Origin: Candidatus Brocadiia bacterium
GTDB lineage: Bacteria > Planctomycetota > Brocadiia > SM23-32
Assembly: GCA_046538485.1 (NCBI GenBank)
Contig: JBKHIT010000076.1
Span: forward strand, 1 to 20,026
Direction of reading: 5' to 3'
DNA length: 20,026 nucleotides
Numbering within the stretch: position 1 is the first letter of the stretch; each line of letters opens with the position of its first letter. Below the pieces are notes generated by a model. That model was not told where the DNA came from and ran no database searches. It was given only the letters and a program-made list of their open reading frames with translations. The translations under genes and the position numbers were made by a program. Of the stretch, positions 9,558 to 17,738 are shown piece by piece.

Positions 9558-10057
9558 AAGGAGACCTTTTCCGCAAGACCGCTGCGAGTTTTCTCGGGTT
9601 GGGATACCTCCCGATTTGCCCCGGAACCTGGGCGTCAGCAGGGGCGGCGGCTCTGGCGTATGTATTTGGTCATTATATACCTCAGCCGACCGGGATTCTG
9701 CTTCTCGCGGCGGCTTTTGTTGGCGTCCTGGCAGCCGGACACCGATTGGCTGAATGGGCCCAAAAGCGTTTTGCTGATAGTGACCCACACGTGTTTGTGC
9801 TTGATGAGGTCGCGGGTCAATGGTTGACCTATTTACTGACTCTACTGGTGGTTGTGGGGTGGTACGGACCTTTTACGCGGGTTGCCGTTTGTTTTGTAGC
9901 ATTTCGGTTCTACGACATCTTTAAGCCTTCTCCTATAGGTTTGATAGACCGGCGTCACGATGCTGAGTCGATAATCATGGATGATATTGCTGCCGGTGTG
10001 CTCGCGGCGATGGCTGTTGTTATTATCGAAGTTATACTGTTTTATTTCCACGCGTAA
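9551..10057 (+). CDS. pgpA: Phosphatidylglycerophosphatase A
   Basis: GLGYLPICPGTWAS, DPHVFVLDEVAGQ, FRFYDIFKP and MDDIAAG, with hydrophobic segments. Confidence 0.92.
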   Translation: MLKGDLFRKTAASFLGLGYLPICPGTWASAGAAALAYVFGHYIPQPTGILLLAAAFVGVLAAGHRLAEWAQKRFADSDPHVFVLDEVAGQWLTYLLTLLVVVGWYGPFTRVAVCFVAFRFYDIFKPSPIGLIDRRHDAESIIMDDIAAGVLAAMAVVIIEVILFYFHA

Positions 10058-10084
10058 GTGGTGGAGGAATAAGAAGACTGACAG

Positions 10085-10900
10085 ATGAATGAGCTTGATG
10101 CTGAAAAAATATTTTCGGAATCCGGGCGGCCACGTTTGATCGGTAAAACCGGGGAAGTCCGAGAGGTGGTGGAGTCGTGCATGAACACAGCACGGCGGCT
10201 GGTAGGTCGGGATGTCCCGGATGGGTATGTTATCCTGGCCGAAAGGCAGCGAAACGGGCGTGGTCGGACCGGCGAATGGGAATGCCCCGCGCGCCAGGGA
10301 ATCTTACTTGCTGTGATTCTACGGCACGGGCTGCGGGCGGAAAACCGGTGGTTGACGGGATTGATGGGAGCGGTCGCAACGGGCGAAACGCTTTCGCAGT
10401 TCGGACCGAACGTACAAATAAAATGGCCCAACGATCTGGTTGTTACCCGTCACAGCAGAGGATTCAAGATTTACAAAGTTGGCGGGGTTCTTGTCGAACA
10501 AGAGGTGTCGGGGGATACAGCACCGGATCACATTCTTGGCATCGGAATCAATGTAAATCAAGATCAGCGTCAATTGCCAGAGAACACGCTTTTGCCGGCG
10601 ACCTCAATGAAAAGCGAGCGGAAAGGAAAGGCTCTGGACCGAAATGAAGTATGCCGAAAACTGTTCGAAAAATTGGACTTTTGGTATGCCAAACTCAAAT
10701 TTGGAAAGACGGAGGAATTGCTGGCACGCTGGCGAACGTTGAGTTGTTTGCTGAACAAATGCGTTCAAGCAGAAGTCAAAGGAGAACGGGTATCGGGCGA
10801 AGTTGTTGGTGTGAAAGCAACGGGGGAGCTGATTCTTAAAGAGAAAAACGGACAGAAAACTTTCCTCTCCTGGGAACGGTCCACTCTGTTGCTCAGCTGA
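10085..10900 (+). CDS. birA: Biotin--[acetyl-CoA carboxylase] ligase, class I (no N-terminal HTH)
   Basis: AERQRNGRGRTG, IKWPND, KVGGVLVE and LGIGINVN, plus a C-terminal SH3-like region. RBS GGAGG upstream. Confidence 0.92.
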   Translation: MNELDAEKIFSESGRPRLIGKTGEVREVVESCMNTARRLVGRDVPDGYVILAERQRNGRGRTGEWECPARQGILLAVILRHGLRAENRWLTGLMGAVATGETLSQFGPNVQIKWPNDLVVTRHSRGFKIYKVGGVLVEQEVSGDTAPDHILGIGINVNQDQRQLPENTLLPATSMKSERKGKALDRNEVCRKLFEKLDFWYAKLKFGKTEELLARWRTLSCLLNKCVQAEVKGERVSGEVVGVKATGELILKEKNGQKTFLSWERSTLLLS

Positions 10901-10921
10901 ATGGTGTTGGAGGGATAGGTT

Positions 10922-11572
10922 TTGAAGGACTACTCACAATTATTCAGGCGTTTCTGGTTCAAGGCCGGGAGTACAGGCCGACACGTTCTGCACGTAGTTA
11001 TTTTGTTGCTGTTGACCTTTTCATTTGTGGCGATCACACGATCTTGCATGCGGTTTTTCCCCGCTTATCGACCCGCTCCAGAAAATAACCACAATTCGCA
11101 TCTTGAAAAGCTACTGGAACCGCGGAAGTCTCGACCGCGGGATTGGAAATGGATCGTAATCCACCACAGCGCCACACGAGAAGGCAGCGCGGCTGCGTTC
11201 GATCGCTACCACCGATGGCACAAAGGCTGGGATTCCCTGGGCTACCATTTTGTGATCGGAAACGGTACGCAGACCCCGGACGGACAGATCGAGGTCGGTA
11301 GTCGATGGTCTGAGCAGGAAATCGGTGCTCATGCGGGAGTTTGTGAATTCAACCAACGGGGGATTGGAATATGCCTCGTTGGCAATTTTGAGATTGATAA
11401 TCCGACCAGTCACCAGCTGCACAGCCTGCGGGTACTTCTGCAATACCTGATGCGGCAGTACCGAATACCAGCGGAACGCATTGTCGGGCACCAGGAAGTG
11501 CCCGGTGCGCACACGAAATGTCCCGGGGCAAATTTTCCGATGGCCGAACTGCGTCAATCTCTGGAGCACTGA
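10922..11572 (+). CDS. N-acetylmuramoyl-L-alanine amidase (Amidase_2/PGRP-like) with N-terminal membrane anchor
   Basis: IVIHHSAT, GYHFVIGNG, GAHAG, IGICLVGNF, IVGHQE and TKCPG zinc-amidase motifs. Hydrophobic VLHVVILLLLTFSFVAI near the N-terminus. TTG start uncertain. Confidence 0.88.
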   Translation: MKDYSQLFRRFWFKAGSTGRHVLHVVILLLLTFSFVAITRSCMRFFPAYRPAPENNHNSHLEKLLEPRKSRPRDWKWIVIHHSATREGSAAAFDRYHRWHKGWDSLGYHFVIGNGTQTPDGQIEVGSRWSEQEIGAHAGVCEFNQRGIGICLVGNFEIDNPTSHQLHSLRVLLQYLMRQYRIPAERIVGHQEVPGAHTKCPGANFPMAELRQSLEH

Positions 11573-11663
11573 TGGACGCATACGCAAACAGATGCGGAAG
11601 AATTGGAGAATACTGAAAATTGAAAAGGCCGGTGGGCTAATGAAGGGAATGTCCCCATTGTTT

Positions 11664-11755
11664 TTGCGCTCCGATACGGATGAATTTATATTATATTAAG
11701 GGTTCCCCCAAGAATTTGATGTCTCGTTGCAAATGTTTGCTACTTTAGTTATAAA
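11664..11755 (+). promoter_or_regulatory. Two candidate sigma70-like promoters upstream of the FHA-kinase gene
   Basis: TTGCGC(11664)-17nt-TATATT(11687) and TTGCAA(11727)-17nt-TATAAA(11750) in an AT-rich intergenic region. Confidence 0.4.
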
Positions 11756-11910
11756 TTGATTTGTACCCGCGTTGAGTCTCCCAGGTCGCGCAATGTCAGC
11801 AATTCGTATTACCCAGATGCAACTGGGCAAGCCAAGTGCGGAACAGTGCCCTGCAAACCTGTGGTAATGTTGGAAACTAAAAAATATCTATGACCCCGGA
11901 GAAGTAAATT

Positions 11911-13179
11911 ATGATTCCACGTCTCTTTGTTGAAGCCGGCGGCGAAACCGGACGGGAAGTGGAGGTGCCTCGTTGGGAGGAGGCGGGTCCCGTTGTTCTC
12001 GGGCGGTCAGATGAATGCGAGGCATATTTCGAAGATCCTCAAATTTCTCGTCGACACTGTGAGCTTCGTTTTGAGGATGACCACCTTTTGATCGAGGATC
12101 TTGACAGTAAAAACGGCACACGGGTGAATGGAGAGTATATTGATAGGGCTGTTGAGCTTTTCGACGGAGATCGAATTGAAGTCGGAAATATTCTGCTTGT
12201 GGTAAGATTCCCTCTGCGGGAAAGACCCAGGGAAGCAAAAACTTTTACCAGGGCAGAAACACAGGAGAATGTGCTGGGTGAAAAAGGTTCTATCGCTGAG
12301 GAAAGGGAAGAATTTCAGAAAGAGGCGGCGGGTACAAATGTACATTTTGATATGGAAGAATTTGCCGGTTGTCGGGTGAATAATCCGTTGTCAGAAGGGA
12401 AGCAGACTGCGGTATATACAGCGTATGATCGCGAAAAAGGAGAAACCGTGGCCCTGAAAGTTATCCCGGGGGAGAGCCCGGCAACTGAGAAGGACAAAGC
12501 CCGGTTTTTGAGGGGGGCAGAGTGTGCCAGTCAGTTCGAGCACTCGAATATGGCGGAGGTGTATCGATTCGGGGAGGAAGAAGGCGTTCCTTTTATTTGC
12601 CTGGAATTTATCGAAGGAGCTCAACTCGAGCGGGAAATACAACGTGCCGGGGAGCCCATGGATTTGGAGGCAGCGTTTGTGGTTGCCCAGCAAGTTCTGG
12701 AAACGATCCAGAGTGTTCACGACCAGGGCTTTCTGTTGCGTTCGGTCCGTCCTGATAACCTGATACTGACGCTTGACATGCAGATAGTGATGGTTGATTT
12801 CGATTTGGTGAAACCTCTCGAGGATGCCGGGGAAGAGATAACGGGGATCACAGATTTTGGGCCTGTCGGAGATCCTCGTTACGCTGCCCCTGAGTTGCTG
12901 AGCCGCCCTTTTTTGGCCGATCAGAGGACGGATGTATTCGGAGCCGGACTCACGCTTTACTATATACTGACAGGTACGCTTCCTTTCTCAAAGCGGGGAA
13001 AGGATTGGGTCCCGCACATGGCATTTCGCCGGGCCGCGATTCCGTTTCGAGAAAGGGGCATCCAAATCCCTGATCCCGTATGGAATGTTGTTGACAAGTC
13101 GCTGTCCAATTATTTAGACAACCGCTACGCTACTGCAGAGGAAATGCTGGTGGAATTGCAACGCGTTATGGAGGAATAG
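11911..13179 (+). CDS. FHA domain + Hanks-type Ser/Thr kinase-like domain (probable pseudokinase)
   Basis: FHA motifs LGRS, ISRRH and DLDSKNGT are intact. Kinase-fold markers VALK, LEFIEG, YAAPE, DVFGAG and LTGTLPF are present, but the catalytic loop reads LRSVRPDN and DFG reads DFD. Confidence 0.88.
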   Translation: MIPRLFVEAGGETGREVEVPRWEEAGPVVLGRSDECEAYFEDPQISRRHCELRFEDDHLLIEDLDSKNGTRVNGEYIDRAVELFDGDRIEVGNILLVVRFPLRERPREAKTFTRAETQENVLGEKGSIAEEREEFQKEAAGTNVHFDMEEFAGCRVNNPLSEGKQTAVYTAYDREKGETVALKVIPGESPATEKDKARFLRGAECASQFEHSNMAEVYRFGEEEGVPFICLEFIEGAQLEREIQRAGEPMDLEAAFVVAQQVLETIQSVHDQGFLLRSVRPDNLILTLDMQIVMVDFDLVKPLEDAGEEITGITDFGPVGDPRYAAPELLSRPFLADQRTDVFGAGLTLYYILTGTLPFSKRGKDWVPHMAFRRAAIPFRERGIQIPDPVWNVVDKSLSNYLDNRYATAEEMLVELQRVMEE

Positions 13180-13186
13180 AAAGAAA

Positions 13187-13510
13187 ATGTCTGAAGATGA
13201 AGAGCGAAAGGGTATTTTGCGCGTGGCATCCGGCAAATCCAAAGGAACGGAGTTGGAGGTCGATCGGCGCGGAACGTATTCCGTCGGGAGGGGAGATGAT
13301 ATGGACCTGCAGGTGCGCGGTAAGGGCGTTTCACGGGAACACTGCGAGTTGCAATACGATGGCGACCATTTCTGGCTGATCGATGTCGACAGCGTAAACG
13401 GGACGTATGTGAACAACCAGCGCGTTCGCCGGTATATGCTTTACGATGGCGATCAAGTGCGTCTTGCCCGTACGTTATTGTTGTTCTCGGTTGAAGACGA
13501 GGAAGAATAA
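13187..13510 (+). CDS. Stand-alone FHA domain protein
   Basis: VGRG, VSREH, DVDSVNGTYVN and LYDGDQVRL; 107 aa; begins 7 nt after the upstream stop. Confidence 0.9.
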   Translation: MSEDEERKGILRVASGKSKGTELEVDRRGTYSVGRGDDMDLQVRGKGVSREHCELQYDGDHFWLIDVDSVNGTYVNNQRVRRYMLYDGDQVRLARTLLLFSVEDEEE

Positions 13511-13628
13511 AAGGACTCACCATCCTGACGAGGGGTTCGTTGATCGAGAACAGGGTTTTGCTGTAAGCTTAACTCATAATAAGTACCCGTTTCTTGTATC
13601 TCTCCACAGCTTAAACGGCAAGTCATAT

Positions 13629-15158
13629 ATGCCCGATGAGAACTCAGACAATATGCGTAAGTGCCCCGGGGAAAAATACCCGATTACACTTGCCGTCTGC
13701 CAGGCCCGTCAGGCGAAGAACTATCCGAAATGTTTGCTGTGCAAATATTATACGGGGCAGGGACCTTCGACGGATCCTAAGGTGAAAAAGGCCATTTTCC
13801 GGACCGCTTCTATCGCAGGTGAGGTATCTGAAGAGATCAACGAATATGTGGTCCGGAAACTGGGTACCGCTACCGCCCAGTATTTCCGTGCGGATTCGAC
13901 GAAAGGGTCTTCCCTGGTGGTGGGGTGCGATCTTCGGGAGAATTCGCGGCATTTCGCTCGGGTTTTCTCCGAAGGTGCCAATGCCGGTGGAATGCACGTG
14001 GTGTCGGTCGGCCCGTCGTTGCCCGAAATCGTTCGTTTTGCGGTCGGGGCTGGTAATTTTGCCTGTGGAGCTTTCATTACCGGCTGCCACGCCCCGGCTG
14101 ATGTCAACGGGATCCGGCTCTGGGATGCCGATGCACGGCAGCTTACTTTTGATCATGGTTTGGACAAAATAGGCCTTATCGCGCGGAGAATCAAACCCGG
14201 ACATACAAAGGTCACTGGTAAAACCGAGACAATTGATCCGATGGAGGATTATCGGAAATACGTCCAGAAGTTTGCCCTCAATCTGGAACCACTTGTTATT
14301 GCTCTGGATGGTTCTTGGGGAGTAGCCGGGAAGGTTCTTCCGCGGGTCCTTGCAAAGCAGCCTGTTGAATTGGTAAAAGTGCATTGTGGCGGAAAATCAA
14401 AGGACGATTTTCTCGGCCGACGTTTTCCGGCCCAGAGCGTCCAAAATGCGTTAGAAAATGCCACCATTTCCAACGGGGCGGACCTCGGCATTGCCCTGGA
14501 TTTTGATGGCGATATATGTGCGTTTTTCGACGAAAAAGGTCAACCCATCCGCACAGATATAGCCGCAGCGGTGCTCGCCAGAGAATTGCTCCAGCGCATT
14601 CCAGGAGCCAAGATTGCCTATGACCTTCGATTCACCGCGGCCGTGCGTGAAGAAATCCTTAAGTCTGAAGGCCAGCCCCTCCGAACATCGACCGACCCAC
14701 ATGCTGTTGCCACCAAGATGCGTCGCAGCGATGGCATCTACGGTGCGCATCTGAGCGGACGGCACTTTTTCCGCGATATGTTCGGCGGCGAATCGCCGGT
14801 AATCGCCCTCCTTGTTATGTGTTCGGCGATCAGCCGACAGGGTGCGCCGTTGTCGGAAATCGCCGGCGAAGTTACCCGTTACGCCCATAGCGGAGAATTG
14901 CGATACCAGATGCCCTCCCCGGAGGCCCTCGAAAGGGCCGTCTTCGATATCCAGGGAGAATTTCCCAATGCAGAACGCGATACGCTCGAAGGGCTGACCC
15001 TCCGTTTTTCTAACTGGTGGTTCAACCTGAGGCGACAAACGGGCAGCAGCGTTATTCTGCTGAATATTGAAGGACGAATGCCGAACGACGAATCTCGCGG
15101 GCGCAAGCGACTCGAAAAACTCATCAGAAACCACGGCGGGCAAAAAGCGGCTCGATAA
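13629..15158 (+). CDS. Phosphomannomutase/phosphoglucomutase-like protein with N-terminal Cys4 module and degenerate active site
   Basis: VVGCDLRENS, NGIRL, GADLGIALDFDGD, YAHSGE and WWFNLR match the alpha-D-phosphohexomutase fold. The ORF-track start at 13446 overlaps the FHA gene, so ATG 13629 (or 13653) is preferred. Confidence 0.85.
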   Translation: MPDENSDNMRKCPGEKYPITLAVCQARQAKNYPKCLLCKYYTGQGPSTDPKVKKAIFRTASIAGEVSEEINEYVVRKLGTATAQYFRADSTKGSSLVVGCDLRENSRHFARVFSEGANAGGMHVVSVGPSLPEIVRFAVGAGNFACGAFITGCHAPADVNGIRLWDADARQLTFDHGLDKIGLIARRIKPGHTKVTGKTETIDPMEDYRKYVQKFALNLEPLVIALDGSWGVAGKVLPRVLAKQPVELVKVHCGGKSKDDFLGRRFPAQSVQNALENATISNGADLGIALDFDGDICAFFDEKGQPIRTDIAAAVLARELLQRIPGAKIAYDLRFTAAVREEILKSEGQPLRTSTDPHAVATKMRRSDGIYGAHLSGRHFFRDMFGGESPVIALLVMCSAISRQGAPLSEIAGEVTRYAHSGELRYQMPSPEALERAVFDIQGEFPNAERDTLEGLTLRFSNWWFNLRRQTGSSVILLNIEGRMPNDESRGRKRLEKLIRNHGGQKAAR

Positions 15159-15189
15159 TAGTCGTTGTTCTCTTCCGCCCGTTAAACCT

Positions 15190-16530
15190 ATGAACGAAAC
15201 GTTCCATATCATCACTTTCGGCTGTCAGATGAATAAACTCGATAGCGAGTTGCTCCAGACGGCCCTGCAAAAACATGGAATGACGCGCGTCTCCAGTCCG
15301 GCAGAGGCCGATGTGGTTATTTACAATACCTGCAGCGTCCGAAAACATGCTGAGGACCGTGTTTTCTCCCACCTTGGGCGTTGGCGCGGGCGGGCAGAGC
15401 AGGACCCTGATTTTATTCTTGGGGTTGTCGGGTGCATGGCCCAGAGACTCGGATCCGAAATCACCGAGCGGTTTCCGTTTGTGCGGTTCGTGCTGGGAAC
15501 GCGCAGTTTCCTGAAACTGCCGCATTGTCTGGATGAAATCAGAAAGGGACGGGAAACGCTCATCGACCTTGAAGAGAATCCGCTTACCTTCGATAGAAAT
15601 GTCGGTTTGCGACCGGAATCTCACCACGCCTACGTCAGCATTATGCGCGGATGCGATAATTATTGCGCCTATTGCATCGTGCCATACGTGAGAGGAAGAG
15701 AGACCAGCCGATCGCCGGGGGAAATTGTGGAAGAAATTGAGCGGTTACGGGATGAAGGAGTAGTCGAGGTGACGCTTTTGGGACAAAATGTTAATTCCTA
15801 CGGCAAAAACCTCGCTGCAGACGTTAACCTTGCGCGTTTGCTCGGGGATGTGAACGAACTGGATGGACTCGAGAGAATACGGTTCATTACCAGTAATCCC
15901 CGGGATATGGAAGAGAACGTTCTGCGTGCCGTCGGAGAACTCGAAAAAGTCTGCGAGCACATCCATATGCCGGCGCAGAGTGGATCGGATTCCGTTTTGG
16001 AACGGATGAACCGCGGATACACTCCTTCGCGTTATCTCGAACTGGTGGAAAAAGCCCGAAAATATGCTCCGAACGTCGAAATTGCGAGCGATTTCATTCT
16101 GGGATTTCCCGGAGAAACCGAAGACGATTTTGCCGCAACACTCCACCTTGTGGAACAGGTCGGTTTCCAGCAGAACTACATTTTTCGATATTCTCCCCGG
16201 CCCGGTACGCGCGCGGCCCGTTGGGACGACGACGTTCCGGATCAAGTCAAGCGCGATCGCCAACAACGCTTGCTCAAGGCCCAGGAAGAAATTGATCGCG
16301 AACGAAGAAAAGCTCTGATTGGCAGCACGATGGAAGTCCTGTGCGACGGACAAAATGAAAGCCACCCCGAAGAAGGGCAGTTCAAAGGCAGGACCCGGCA
16401 GAACGATATTGTCGTTTTCGAGGCATCCAAAACACAACCGGGTGACGTTGTGGAAGTGAGAATAAATGATGCCACCTCGCTGACGTTATTTGGGACTGTT
16501 CGGGCGGGCGATGGAACAGAAATTCTTTGA
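15190..16530 (+). CDS. miaB: tRNA-2-methylthio-N6-dimethylallyladenosine synthase
   Basis: TFGCQMNKLDSE, NTCSVRKHAE, GCMAQ, CDNYCAYCIVPYVRG, LLGQNVNSYG, YSPRPGT and a TRAM domain. Start moved from 15067 to ATG 15190. Confidence 0.96.
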   Translation: MNETFHIITFGCQMNKLDSELLQTALQKHGMTRVSSPAEADVVIYNTCSVRKHAEDRVFSHLGRWRGRAEQDPDFILGVVGCMAQRLGSEITERFPFVRFVLGTRSFLKLPHCLDEIRKGRETLIDLEENPLTFDRNVGLRPESHHAYVSIMRGCDNYCAYCIVPYVRGRETSRSPGEIVEEIERLRDEGVVEVTLLGQNVNSYGKNLAADVNLARLLGDVNELDGLERIRFITSNPRDMEENVLRAVGELEKVCEHIHMPAQSGSDSVLERMNRGYTPSRYLELVEKARKYAPNVEIASDFILGFPGETEDDFAATLHLVEQVGFQQNYIFRYSPRPGTRAARWDDDVPDQVKRDRQQRLLKAQEEIDRERRKALIGSTMEVLCDGQNESHPEEGQFKGRTRQNDIVVFEASKTQPGDVVEVRINDATSLTLFGTVRAGDGTEIL

Positions 16531-16620
16531 AATAGGTCTCCGCAGCCATTAGGCTGCCCTCGTTATTCTGAGGGTTCGGGGGGTACCCGAACAGAATGTA
16601 AACTCTCGGAGGAGAGTCAG

Positions 16621-17481
16621 TTGAAAGACGTTAAACGGCGGTCTCATCCTGGGTTCACGTTGATTGAACTGCTGGTTGTCATCGCTATTATTGCTATCCT
16701 GGCGGCGATGCTTATGCCGGCGCTGGAAAGAGCACGGGCATCGGCGAGGAAGATCCGCTGCATTAATAATCTGAAGCAGATCGGTCTCGCAGAAATCATG
16801 TACACAAACGACTGGAACGGGAAGCTACCGTTGGCCCGGTACATCAACCGCAACGGGGATCATGTGAAAATGGTGTACGGCCCGAAAATAAAGGATACCA
16901 GCGGGAATTTTATCGAGGTAAAGGGACAGGTCCCCCGTGCCGGACAACAACCAGTGCTGATGGAAGGCGGGTACCTCGAGGTTAACGTCCCCCTTTTTTG
17001 TGCGGACAATCAATCTCGGGTCGAGCAGGCAGCTAAACCGTTGTGGCCCAGTCGGGAAGTTGTCCCCGGCTACGCCGCGCATGAGGATACGTTAAAGTAC
17101 TACCAGTGTTCGTTGCTTATCTCGATGGGAGCAACCCCGGGAACGGGACAAAGCGAAGAAGTTTTCAGGGCTCCATTCGCGCATATCGGGTCCTATAACA
17201 ACATTGAAAATACCTGTCCTCATGCCGCATCTCTCGATTGGTATCCTCCGAATGCGATACTTCAGGGTGAGCGCTGGCATGACAGATACAAAACCAGCCT
17301 GCCTATGTATAGTCATCTGCCGTTTAACGAGTATGCTGCAAATGGTGTTGTCTTTCGCCACCCCGGTCCGACAGCCAATTTTCTCCTGATGGACGCATCC
17401 GTTCGCTCGGGCGATGTGTCCTGGTGGCGCTCTCATCCATGGGGTGTCAGAGGACACGAGGGAGGCTTTCGTCCCCGATGA
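16621..17481 (+). CDS. Prepilin-type N-terminal cleavage/methylation domain protein (DUF1559-like) with a variant H-X9-DG C-terminal motif
   Basis: [47 protein letters not shown] and C-terminal [26 protein letters not shown] before the TTG start. Confidence 0.92.
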   Translation: MKDVKRRSHPGFTLIELLVVIAIIAILAAMLMPALERARASARKIRCINNLKQIGLAEIMYTNDWNGKLPLARYINRNGDHVKMVYGPKIKDTSGNFIEVKGQVPRAGQQPVLMEGGYLEVNVPLFCADNQSRVEQAAKPLWPSREVVPGYAAHEDTLKYYQCSLLISMGATPGTGQSEEVFRAPFAHIGSYNNIENTCPHAASLDWYPPNAILQGERWHDRYKTSLPMYSHLPFNEYAANGVVFRHPGPTANFLLMDASVRSGDVSWWRSHPWGVRGHEGGFRPR

Positions 17482-17738
17482 ATTGGGCTCACCTGGCTGG
17501 CAGGGCTTTCCTGGATGGGGAAGCAAATGGAGCAAATCGCACTGTACGTGCTGCGATGACTCCGATACGGTTTGTGGTCCAATCCCTCCTCAATGATACA
17601 GAGGGCGCCGTGGCTGTTGGAGGGCAATGCTTCCTGTTGATACCCAACCGGGTCACGCAGATCTTTTCCATCATATCCCCGACCCCAATGCCCGCAGCAA
17701 AAATGTGGAATTTAGAGCCTTGAATCCTTTTTGAAAAG

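Noticed and set aside
13446..13628. N-terminal extension of the mutase-like ORF in the ORF track
   Set aside because: Overlaps the FHA gene and crosses intergenic-looking DNA; ATG 13629 is more plausible.
15067..15189. N-terminal extension of miaB in the ORF track
   Set aside because: Overlaps the upstream gene; MiaB homology begins at ATG 15190.
13644..15215. 246-aa and 254-aa minus-strand ORFs
   Set aside because: Shadows of the mutase-like gene with no independent support.
9016..16130. Shared nucleotide strings between two loci (GTTTTGGAACGGATG and the GFPGETE-coding segment)
   Set aside because: Explained by paralogy of the methylthiotransferases rimO and miaB, not by a repeat element.
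16542..16557. GCAGCC-ATTA-GGCTGC hairpin after miaB
   Set aside because: Only a 6-bp stem and no U-tract; not supportable as a terminator.
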